In this document: positions 1 through 7,657 of the stretch, one piece after another
How positions within the stretch are numbered: position 1 is the stretch's first letter
Layout: each line of letters opens with the position of its first letter
Assembly: GCA_044868695.1 (NCBI GenBank)
Contig: JBIOWP010000020.1
Span: forward strand, 1-16,285
Origin: a bacterium
Lineage (GTDB): Bacteria; Sysuimicrobiota; Sysuimicrobiia; Sysuimicrobiales; Kaftiobacteriaceae
DNA length: 16,285 nt
Direction: 5' to 3'
The notes under the pieces: model-generated
Databases searched by the model: none
What the model saw: only the letters and a program-made list of their open reading frames with translations
Told to the model about the DNA's origin: nothing
Position numbers and translations under genes: made by a program

Positions 1-844
1 ATCCCGGCGGCGGCGCGATCAGGTCCGGCGGGTAGCCTTCGATCGGCACCAGCTGGGCCGCCTGGGTCCGCAGGCTGGGGAACGCGTTGCGGAGCCCCAT
101 CGTGTAGGGATGGCGCGGGGAGGCGAAGACCTCCCGCACGCTGCCGGCCTCCACGACGCGCCCGGCGTACATGACCGCGACGTCGTCGCAGAGGGCGGCG
201 ACGACAGAGATGTCGTGTGTGATCATCAGCAGGCTCACGCCCAGCGTCGCCTGCAGCTCCCGCAGCGTGCGCAGCACCTGATGCTGCACGATGACATCCA
301 GCGCCGTGACCGGCTCATCGGCGATGATCAACTGGGGGGACAACGCCAGCGCCATCGCAATGACCACCCGCTGCTTCATCCCGCCGCTGAGCTCGTGCGG
401 GTACAGCCGCAGGCGGTGGGGCTCCAACCCCACGAGCGCGAACAGCCGCTCCGCGCGCTGCCGCGCCTCGGCCGCCCCCAGGCCGCCCCGCAGCCGCATC
501 GTCTCACGCAGTTGGTCGCCGACCCGGTACACCGGATCGAGGCTGTCCATCGCGGCCTGCGGGACCATCGCGATGCGCCGCCACCGGAAGGCCGCGGCCG
601 CCTCGCCGGATGCGGCGGTGAGGTCGGTCCCGTCACACCGCACCGCGCCGCCGGCGATCCTCGCGTTGCGGGGCAGCACGCCGATCAGCGCGCGCGCCAG
701 GGTCGTCTTGCCGCAGCCGCTCTCGCCGACCAGGCCCATCGCCCGCCCGCGCTCCACCGACAGCGTGACCTCCCTGACGGCGTGCACGGCGCCGTGGACC
801 GTCTGGTACTCGACCGACAGGTTGTCGATCTCCAGCAGCGGCAT
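1..844 (-). CDS. dppD: Dipeptide/oligopeptide ABC transporter ATP-binding protein (DppD/OppD family), 3' end runs off the window
   Basis: Not in the ORF track. Hand translation from ATG at 844: MPLLEIDNLSVEY...GLVGESGCGKTT (Walker A)...YPHELSGGMKQRVVIAMAL (signature)...LIIADEPVTALD (Walker B)...ITHD (H-loop)...PRHPYT (oligo-HPY motif). Starts 4 nt after the dppC stop. Confidence 0.95.
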   Translation of the reverse strand, partial: MPLLEIDNLSVEYQTVHGAVHAVREVTLSVERGRAMGLVGESGCGKTTLARALIGVLPRNARIAGGAVRCDGTDLTAASGEAAAAFRWRRIAMVPQAAMDSLDPVYRVGDQLRETMRLRGGLGAAEARQRAERLFALVGLEPHRLRLYPHELSGGMKQRVVIAMALALSPQLIIADEPVTALDVIVQHQVLRTLRELQATLGVSLLMITHDISVVAALCDDVAVMYAGRVVEAGSVREVFASPRHPYTMGLRNAFPSLRTQAAQLVPIEGYPPDLIAPPPG

Positions 845-848
845 CGCG

Positions 849-1769
849 CTACCGCCGCCGCAGGCGCGGGAAGAGCAGCTCTTCATACCCGCGGCCGATG
901 AAGAACCCGGCCATGACCGCCAGCATGATGCATATCCCCGGCGGCACGAACCAACTGAATGCCTGGCGCGTCAACGCCTGCGAGTTGTAGGCGTCCTGGA
1001 GCATGAACCCCCACGAGATGACGTTGGGATCGCCGAATCCCAGGAAGCTGATGCTGGCCTCGGTGAGAATCGCCCACCCGATGGCGAGCGAGCCGTAGAG
1101 AAACGACAGCGGCAGCACGTTGGGCGCGATGTGCACGAACATCGTGCGCAGGTGGCTGGCCCCCAGCACCTGCGCGGCCTCCACGTACGAGCGGGTGCGC
1201 AGCGACAGGACCTGCGACCGGATTACGCGCCCGGTGTCGCGCCACAGCAGCAGCGTCATCACTAGCACGGTATTCCAGATGCTGGGCCCCAGGAACGCCA
1301 CCAGCACGATCGCCATCGGCAGGAAGGGGATCCCGAAGGCCACGTCGGCAAGCCGCATCAGCAGCGTGTCGACCCACCCCCCGTAGTATCCGGCCAGCAG
1401 GCCCACCAGCGTGCCGAGCACGACCACCCCGAAGGCGGCCACGAACCCCACCGCCAGCGCGGCCCGCGAGCCATACAGCAGCTGTGAGAAAACGTCGCGC
1501 CCCAGGTTCGTCGTCCCCAGCCAGTGCGCGGCCGACGGGGCCGCGTTCGCCGCGACATCGCCGTCGGGGAGGTAGATCAGGTCGTGCGGGTTGTACGGCG
1601 CGACCACGGGCGCGGCCAGGGCGACGACGAGAAACACCGCGTAGATGACCAGGCCGGTGAGCGCGTACCGGTCCCGCCGTGCCACGGCCCAGGTCACCCG
1701 CAGCGCGTCGCGCCACGTCGCCGTCGAGCGCGCCAGGGGCAGCGGGGCCGCGCGCTCACTGCCGCTCAT
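849..1769 (-). CDS. dppC: Peptide-type ABC transporter permease (DppC/OppC family)
   Basis: HWLGTTNLGRDVFSQLLYG, GYYGGWVDTLLMRLAD, EAA loop YVEAAQVLGAS, EASISFLGFG, SWGFML, and multiple hydrophobic segments. Confidence 0.94.
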   Translation of the reverse strand: MSGSERAAPLPLARSTATWRDALRVTWAVARRDRYALTGLVIYAVFLVVALAAPVVAPYNPHDLIYLPDGDVAANAAPSAAHWLGTTNLGRDVFSQLLYGSRAALAVGFVAAFGVVVLGTLVGLLAGYYGGWVDTLLMRLADVAFGIPFLPMAIVLVAFLGPSIWNTVLVMTLLLWRDTGRVIRSQVLSLRTRSYVEAAQVLGASHLRTMFVHIAPNVLPLSFLYGSLAIGWAILTEASISFLGFGDPNVISWGFMLQDAYNSQALTRQAFSWFVPPGICIMLAVMAGFFIGRGYEELLFPRLRRR

Positions 1770-2760
1770 AACTCACCCGCGGATCGAGGAAGCTGTACAG
1801 CAGATCGGCGATGAAGTTCATGAGAATCATCACGAGGGCAATGAGGAAAAACGCCGCCTGCGCGACTGGATAGTCTTTCGCCGCCACCGCCCGGACCAGC
1901 GTGCGCCCCAGCCCCGGCCAGCTGAAGACGTTTTCGATGATGACGTTGCCGCCGATGGAGTACCCGATCCCCAGCGCGAACGCCGTCACCACCGGGAGCA
2001 GCGCGTTGCGCGCTGCGTGGCGCAGCAGGATCGTCCGCTCAGGCAGCCCGCGCATCCGGCAGAAGGTGATGAAGTCCTCGTCCATCACCTCCAGCATCGT
2101 GTTGCGCATCAGCAGGGTGGGCAGGCCCTGCAGGTACAGCGCCAGCGTGAGCGCCGGCAGCGTCAGATGCCGCAGGAAGTCCCAGCTGAACACCTGCGCC
2201 CACCAGCCGGTGTACACGGTGCCCGGGGTGGTCGTCCCCGATGACGGGAACCAGTTCAGGTTGAAGCTGAAGATGGCCAGCGCGAGCATCCCCACCCAGA
2301 ACTCCGGCGCCGCGCGGGTCGCCAGCACGGTGGGGATCCCCCACGTTTCGATCCGGCTGCCCCGCTTGGCGGCCAGGAGCGCGCCGCCCAGTACCCCCAC
2401 CGCGTAGGCCAGCAGCAGCGCCGACAGCGTGAGCACCAGCGTGTTGGGCAGCACCTGCCACATGACCTGGCTGACCGGCTCCCGGCTGAAGAATGAGCGG
2501 CCGAACTCCATGCGCATGAGGTTGCGCAGATACACGGCGTACTGCACGTGTAGCGGCCGGTCCAGCCCGAACTGGCGCCGGAGCGTCTGTTCCAGCTCGT
2601 CGGTAAATGTGGGGTCGATGTAGGCGACCAGCGGGTCGCCCGGCATCAGCCTGAAGATCAGAAACAGCAGGGTGGCGACGACCCACAGGACGAGCGCGGT
2701 TTGGAGCAGCCGGCTGAGGAGGAACGACAGGCGGGTCACTTGCGTCACATGAGAACGCAC
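1756..2760 (-). CDS. dppB: Peptide-type ABC transporter permease (DppB/OppB family); true start may be a GTG a few codons downstream
   Basis: LMPGDP, FGLDRPLHVQY, HLTLPALTL, RHAARNALLP, IENVFSWPGLG, DYPVAQ, ADLLYSFLDPRV. The stop overlaps the dppC start. Confidence 0.94.
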   Translation of the reverse strand: MRSHVTQVTRLSFLLSRLLQTALVLWVVATLLFLIFRLMPGDPLVAYIDPTFTDELEQTLRRQFGLDRPLHVQYAVYLRNLMRMEFGRSFFSREPVSQVMWQVLPNTLVLTLSALLLAYAVGVLGGALLAAKRGSRIETWGIPTVLATRAAPEFWVGMLALAIFSFNLNWFPSSGTTTPGTVYTGWWAQVFSWDFLRHLTLPALTLALYLQGLPTLLMRNTMLEVMDEDFITFCRMRGLPERTILLRHAARNALLPVVTAFALGIGYSIGGNVIIENVFSWPGLGRTLVRAVAAKDYPVAQAAFFLIALVMILMNFIADLLYSFLDPRVSYERQ

Positions 2761-2762
2761 CG

Positions 2763-2789
2763 GGGGCGGGAGGACGCGCCTCCCGCCCC
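2763..2789. repeat. GC-rich intercistronic stem-loop between the binding-protein gene and the first permease
   Basis: GGGGCGGGAGG-ACGCG-CCTCCCGCCCC: perfect 11-bp stem, 5-nt loop, no U-tract. Typical position for an mRNA-stabilising or attenuating hairpin. Confidence 0.75.
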
Positions 2790-2797
2790 GCGCGTGC

Positions 2798-4468
2798 TTA
2801 CTTCACGGCGAGTGTTTCGACTTTGCCCTTCGGGTACAGCAGCCGGCCGTCGGCGTCCCACTCGAAGCCGGCCTTGGCCAGCGCCTCGCGCGCGGCCTTG
2901 ATGTTGTAGTCCCACTTGGGGACCTCGGGGTTGTACCAGAACTCCAGCGCCGGGGATACGAAGGAGTCGGCGATGGTGGCGTACCCCTTGTAGACCACCG
3001 AGCGGATCGCCTTCTTGTTGGTGGCCATGTTGAGCGCGTGCCGGACGGCCGCATCGTCAAATGGGGGCCGCCGCAGGTTAAACGCGAGGAAGCGCATCCC
3101 GATGTCCATGGTCGACACGACGGTGATGAACTTGTTGTCACTCGCGAGCCGGTCCAGAATCTGCGGGTCCCCACCGTAGAACGCGAGGAAGTTCAGTTCG
3201 CCGTTGCGCAGCCCACCCAGGACCGCCTCCGTGTTGGGCACGATCCGCAGGACCCACCGCCGCATCTTGGGCGCGGCGAAGTGGTCGGGGTTGGCCTCCA
3301 GCACGATCTCCTCCGACTTCTTCCACTGCACGAACTTGAACGGCCCGGACCCGACCGGCACCTGCTCCTGGTAGGTTTCCGCGTTCTCCGGCTTCTTGGC
3401 CAGGTCGGCCAGCACCGGCTCCCAGATGTGCTTGGGGATGAGGTTCAGCTTGGCCAGGGTACTGGTGAGGAACGGCGCATACGGCTCCTTCAGCGTGAAC
3501 CGGATCACCGAGTCGGAGCGCTTCTCGATCTTCTCGACGATGGTCACGAACGGCTTGTACATCGGGACCTCGTCGCCCTGCGGGGCCGTAAAGGAGAAGA
3601 TGACGTCGTCGGCGGTCACCGGCTTGCCGTCGTGCCACTTCATGCCGCGCCGCAGCGTCACATCGAGCGTGACGCTGTCGACCCAGTCCGCCTTCTCCGC
3701 CGCCCACGGCTTGGCCAGGCCGTCCGCGCCGACGCGGAACAGCCGGTCCCAGATCAGTTCGGTGACCCATGAGTCCGCCGCGCCGCTGATGAACAGCGGG
3801 TTGATCGCCTTCACGATGTCGTTGGCGTTCAGGATCATGTCCTGCTGCGCGCCCTTGGGCTTCGCGGAGACGAAGGTCCAGAAGTTCTTCAGCCCGATGC
3901 CCTTCTGCTCGACGATGCTGGTGGACTCCCACACCGAGTTGTTGTAGGCGTAGCTGCTCTGCGGGAACACCAGGAAGACGTAGGGCGTGTCGCGCGCGAT
4001 GATCTTCTGCGCCTCGTTGAGCAGCTGCTTGCGGGTCCGGAGATCGGTCTTGATCCGCTGCGCCTCGGCGATGAGGTTGTAGTTCGAGTTGGTGTATCCG
4101 ACGAAGTTGTAGCCCCGCGCGGCCGTCGACGAGTGGAACAGGTTCATCGCAAACTCATCGGGATCGGACCGCTCGGGCCGGCCGACCATCTGCCACATCG
4201 TCATGTCCCACTTGTCGCGGCTGTACCAGACGTAGTCCGCCATCTGCTCCCACGGCATGACCTGCACCCGGACCCGCAGCCCCAGCTTCTCAAACTCCGG
4301 GGCCAGCAGGCGGGCGGTCTCAAACTCCGGCGGATCCGCGGCCTGCGGGCGGGTCAGCAAGATCAACTCCCGCACCCTGCGGTCCGGTGTCTGTCCCGAC
4401 GCGACGGCGCCCAGGGCCAGCGCCAGGACGATCGCGATCACAAGCATCCGAACTCCTATCCGTGCCAT
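2798..4468 (-). CDS. ABC transporter substrate-binding protein, family 5 (DppA/OppA-like), apparently circularly permuted
   Basis: Sec signal peptide (MARIGVRMLVIAIVLALALGAVASG). Family-5 motifs TLRRGMKWHDGKPVTADDVIFSF, PVGSGPFKF, PPFDDAAVRHAL, AAREALAKAG. Purine-rich RBS upstream. Confidence 0.93.
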   Translation of the reverse strand: MARIGVRMLVIAIVLALALGAVASGQTPDRRVRELILLTRPQAADPPEFETARLLAPEFEKLGLRVRVQVMPWEQMADYVWYSRDKWDMTMWQMVGRPERSDPDEFAMNLFHSSTAARGYNFVGYTNSNYNLIAEAQRIKTDLRTRKQLLNEAQKIIARDTPYVFLVFPQSSYAYNNSVWESTSIVEQKGIGLKNFWTFVSAKPKGAQQDMILNANDIVKAINPLFISGAADSWVTELIWDRLFRVGADGLAKPWAAEKADWVDSVTLDVTLRRGMKWHDGKPVTADDVIFSFTAPQGDEVPMYKPFVTIVEKIEKRSDSVIRFTLKEPYAPFLTSTLAKLNLIPKHIWEPVLADLAKKPENAETYQEQVPVGSGPFKFVQWKKSEEIVLEANPDHFAAPKMRRWVLRIVPNTEAVLGGLRNGELNFLAFYGGDPQILDRLASDNKFITVVSTMDIGMRFLAFNLRRPPFDDAAVRHALNMATNKKAIRSVVYKGYATIADSFVSPALEFWYNPEVPKWDYNIKAAREALAKAGFEWDADGRLLYPKGKVETLAVK

Positions 4469-4529
4469 GAGTCCCCTCTCCCTTCCACTCCCGTGGATGT
4501 GTGCGCGGGCAGTCCGCCCGCCTTGCGCG

Positions 4530-5273
4530 CTAATTTGACGCGACCCGCATCGCGGCCAGCTTCGGCGGCACCGGGAACGCGCGCTTGCTGTGAGCCAGTC
4601 CGGATGAGACCAGCGCCTCGAGCAGCTTCAACGCCGCGTACACCGGGTTCACCACCGGCACCCCGGTCTGCTCGGCGATCGTGCGGTGCGCCTCCAGGAA
4701 CCCCATGCTCATGCAGCCCAGCACCAGCGCGTCGGCGCCGTCTTCGGCCACGGCGGCGCGGCCCAGCGCGATCATCCGCCCGACGCTGCGCTCGCGGTCC
4801 TTGGCCAGTTCCAGCACCGGGATGTCCACCGCGCGCACCGACGCCACCTTTTCGCTGACGCCGACGCGGTGGGCCAGGTGCCGCAGCGAGGGAACCACCG
4901 ACTCGAGCACGGTAACGACCGAGAAACGGTGGCCAAGGGTGCAGGCCAGCAGCATCGAGGCCTCCGCAGGCCCGACCACCGGCATCTCCACGAGCTCGCG
5001 CGCGGCGTCCAGCCCCGGGTCGCCAAAACACCCGATGATCGCGCCGGCATACCCGCGCCGGGCCGCGTCCTGCACGTGGACCAGCGTGCCGGGGATGGAC
5101 AGGTACTCCTCATAGGCCGACTCGATCGAGCTGGGGCCGTCGGGCACGTCGGCGATGTCCACCTCGGTGCCGGGAGCGGCCAGGCGCTGCAGGATGGACC
5201 GGCGTCGCTCGACCTCCCGCGGTCCCAGCGGCGTCTTGCTGAGGCTGCCTGGAAGAATGTATAAGACCTTCAT
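4530..5273 (-). CDS. Aspartate/glutamate/hydantoin racemase family protein (hydantoin/allantoin racemase-like)
   Basis: GPSSIESAYEE, two catalytic-cysteine motifs IIGCFGDPG and LVLGCMSM, PVVGPAEAS, GVPVVNPV, GLAHSKRAFP. GGAGG RBS upstream. Confidence 0.9.
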   Translation of the reverse strand: MKVLYILPGSLSKTPLGPREVERRRSILQRLAAPGTEVDIADVPDGPSSIESAYEEYLSIPGTLVHVQDAARRGYAGAIIGCFGDPGLDAARELVEMPVVGPAEASMLLACTLGHRFSVVTVLESVVPSLRHLAHRVGVSEKVASVRAVDIPVLELAKDRERSVGRMIALGRAAVAEDGADALVLGCMSMGFLEAHRTIAEQTGVPVVNPVYAALKLLEALVSSGLAHSKRAFPVPPKLAAMRVASN

Positions 5274-5284
5274 CGCGATCCTCC

Positions 5285-5303
5285 GAGTACGAAATCCGTA
5301 CTC
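5285..5303. promoter_or_regulatory. Candidate operator (7-5-7 inverted repeat) upstream of the racemase-dpp operon
   Basis: GAGTACG-AAATC-CGTACTC immediately upstream of the racemase RBS. Tandem TTGACGG copies (minus strand, 5310-5316 and 5321-5327) lie just upstream. Confidence 0.45.
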
Positions 5304-5375
5304 CGAACGCCGTCAAGTTACCGTCAACCGCGTGCTGGAAGGCCCAGAATGGGATTTTCGCAAGTCTTCTTCGGG

Positions 5376-6131
5376 TCAGGCGCGTTCCCTCCTGCGCATC
5401 CACGGGGGAGTTCCCCGGAACGGGGCGGAGGGGCACAGCCGGTTCAGCGGGCAGGCCGCGCACAGCGGGCGTTTCGCGGTGCAGACCTCGCGGCCGAAGT
5501 AGATCAACATTAAGGAGAAGGCGTCCCACTCCCCACGGGGCACGACGGTCATCAGCTGCGCTTCGATCTTCTCCGGGTCATCGGTGAGCGCCAGGCCCAG
5601 CCGCTGGCTCAACCGCCGCACGTGGGTGTCCACGACAATGCCCAGCCCGTCGTCGTGCTCGGTGCCCCCGCCCCACGGCTCCAGCCGCTTCGCGGAGAGG
5701 ATGACGTTGGCGGTCTTCCGCCCTACGCCTTCCAGCGTCAGCAGTTCGTCCATCGTCAGCGGCACGCCCGCGCCGAACCGCTCCACCAGCGACCGGCTCA
5801 TGTTGATGATGGCCTTGGTCTTCTGGCGGAAAAACCCCGTGGGCTTGACGATCCGCTCCACGTCGCGGGCACGCGCGGCTGCGAGGGTTTGGGGCGTGGG
5901 ATACCGCTCGAAGAGCAGCGGGGTGACGCGGTTGACCATCGCGTCGGTGCACTGCGCCGAGAGAATGGTGGCGACGAGCAGCTGGAACGGATCGCGGTGG
6001 CGCAGCGGCAGGCGGATGTCGGGGTAGCGGCGGCGCAGCACCTCGATGATCCGAAGCACCCGGCGCCGGCGCTGGGCGGGGCGCTCAGCGGAAGGCGAGA
6101 GAGTCCTGCGGGCGATCGACCGGGCCGGCAT
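5376..6131 (-). CDS. nth: Endonuclease III (HhH-GPD DNA glycosylase/AP lyase with 4Fe-4S cluster); start ATG 6131 or GTG 6152
   Basis: DPFQLLVATILSAQCTDAMVN, HhH LEGVGRKTANVIL (catalytic Lys), VDTHVRR (catalytic Asp), FeS motif CTAKRPLCAACPLNRLC. Confidence 0.95.
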   Translation of the reverse strand: MPARSIARRTLSPSAERPAQRRRRVLRIIEVLRRRYPDIRLPLRHRDPFQLLVATILSAQCTDAMVNRVTPLLFERYPTPQTLAAARARDVERIVKPTGFFRQKTKAIINMSRSLVERFGAGVPLTMDELLTLEGVGRKTANVILSAKRLEPWGGGTEHDDGLGIVVDTHVRRLSQRLGLALTDDPEKIEAQLMTVVPRGEWDAFSLMLIYFGREVCTAKRPLCAACPLNRLCPSAPFRGTPPWMRRRERA

Positions 6132-6192
6132 GGGGGCGCAGTGTTGATTCACCGCGCCCCATGCCCATTCCTCATCCGTCCCCCGGCCAAAG

Positions 6193-6215
6193 AAGGAGGG
6201 GACTGTCCCCTCCTT
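6193..6215 (-). terminator. Perfect palindrome downstream of the first S8 protease gene; probable intrinsic terminator (alternatively a REP-type element)
   Basis: AAGGAGGGGAC-T-GTCCCCTCCTT. On the minus strand the stem is followed by TTCTTT, about 40 nt after the stop at 6257. Confidence 0.6.
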
Positions 6216-6256
6216 TCAATAGCCCAGGCTGGTCATCTGGCGGGGGCTCACGTGGG

Positions 6257-7540
6257 TCATCTGACGGCGTTGTAGTAGTTCACGCGACCGTACGCCCAGT
6301 AGCTCCCCGTGCCCGGAATAGGATCGGCGGTGCTCTCAATCCGGGCCCGGACGCAGGCGTTGGTGGCGCACGTCCCGGTCGCCCACACGAGCGCGGCGAG
6401 CCCGGCCACGTGGGGCGCCGCCATCGAAGTCCCGGACAGCGCGTCGTACTCCGGGAAGTAGCCGTACCAGTAGCAGAGGAAGCACCAGGTCCAATCATCC
6501 TGGACCGTCGAGAGGATGCCCACCCCAGGGGCCGCCACGTCGACCCAGGAGGCGCCGTAACTGCTGAACGACGCCCTGGTGTCGCTGCTGTCGGTCGCCG
6601 CAACCGCAATGCAGTTCGCGTACGCGGCCGGATACGTCCTGGCCGTGCTCCCGCTGTTCCCCGCAGCGCAGGCCAGCACGGCGCCCCTGTTCCAGGCGTA
6701 GTTGATGGCCCGCTCCAGGGTCTTGTACGGAGTGTCGGTCCCCAGGCTCAGGTTGATCACCCGGGCCCCGTTGTCGGCCGCCCAGCGGATCCCGGATGCC
6801 ACCGCGGAGAGGGTGCCCGATCCGGAGTAGTCGAGCACTTTGACGCCCATCAACCGCACCGCCCAGTTCGCTCCGGCCACCCCGGCGGCGTTGTTGGTGC
6901 ATGCCCCGATCGTGCCGGCGACGTGCGTCCCATGCCCGTGGTCGTCGTTGCCCGACTCGCCGCTGACAAAACTCTTGATGATGATCGGGTTGGACTGGCG
7001 GCAGCTCACCAGGTCGGGATGCCCGGTGTAGTCCGGCCACCAGTAGTTGGGATCCCCGACGTCGATGCCGGTATCGACAACGGCCACCGTGACGGCGCCA
7101 CTCCCCTTGGTCACGTCCCAGGCCTGGTAGGCCCGGACGACCGCCCACGCCCACTGCGTCGTGCAGACATTCACGGACGTCCAGTAGCAGGTCGTATTGT
7201 CATAGGGATCGTCGGGGTCCTCAAACGTGTGCAGCAGCCCGTTGGGCTCCGCAAACTCCACCAGCGGGTTGTGGGTCAGCGCGCGGATGGTCCCCTCGAC
7301 AGACCCCGCGGGCACCTTCAGGACGTACACCCCCAGGCCCTCGAGGCGGCCGTGAAGGCGGGCGCCGACGGATCGTGCCACCACGGCCGGGCTGACATCG
7401 CGCGCAAAACTGACGAGGACCTCGTCCGGGACCCGGTCGGCTGCCGGCCGGGAATCCACGGCCGGCGCACCGAGACCTGCGCCGGACCCAGCGAGCACTA
7501 CGATCAGGGAAGCAGACAGAACCAGCACGAGGCGGTTCAT
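6257..7540 (-). CDS. Secreted S8 family serine peptidase (thermitase-like), paralog 1
   Basis: Signal peptide and prodomain ending VEFAEPN. Catalytic triad VAVVDTG / HGHGTHVAG / SGTSMAAPHVAG, oxyanion AAGN, VINLSLG, VDVAAPG. Confidence 0.96.
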   Translation of the reverse strand: MNRLVLVLSASLIVVLAGSGAGLGAPAVDSRPAADRVPDEVLVSFARDVSPAVVARSVGARLHGRLEGLGVYVLKVPAGSVEGTIRALTHNPLVEFAEPNGLLHTFEDPDDPYDNTTCYWTSVNVCTTQWAWAVVRAYQAWDVTKGSGAVTVAVVDTGIDVGDPNYWWPDYTGHPDLVSCRQSNPIIIKSFVSGESGNDDHGHGTHVAGTIGACTNNAAGVAGANWAVRLMGVKVLDYSGSGTLSAVASGIRWAADNGARVINLSLGTDTPYKTLERAINYAWNRGAVLACAAGNSGSTARTYPAAYANCIAVAATDSSDTRASFSSYGASWVDVAAPGVGILSTVQDDWTWCFLCYWYGYFPEYDALSGTSMAAPHVAGLAALVWATGTCATNACVRARIESTADPIPGTGSYWAYGRVNYYNAVR

Positions 7541-7657
7541 ATGGCTCTCCCCTTTCTGAAAGGCTGCGCTGATAGTGTACCGAGACGCTGCAGGATAGCG
7601 CGGTCCTCCAGCACGAAGCCATGCTGCGAGCGGCTGGCAAGGAGTGGAGGGTCTTCA

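Noticed and set aside
110..1265. Plus-strand ORFs of 263 and 324 aa
   Set aside because: Typical antisense shadows of ABC ATPase and permease genes in GC-rich DNA. The minus strand carries all the motifs.
6161..7657. 861-aa ORF suggesting a large N-terminal fusion to the M24 peptidase
   Set aside because: The first 499 codons are the antisense shadow of the S8 gene. A GGAGG RBS and ATG at 7658 mark the real start.
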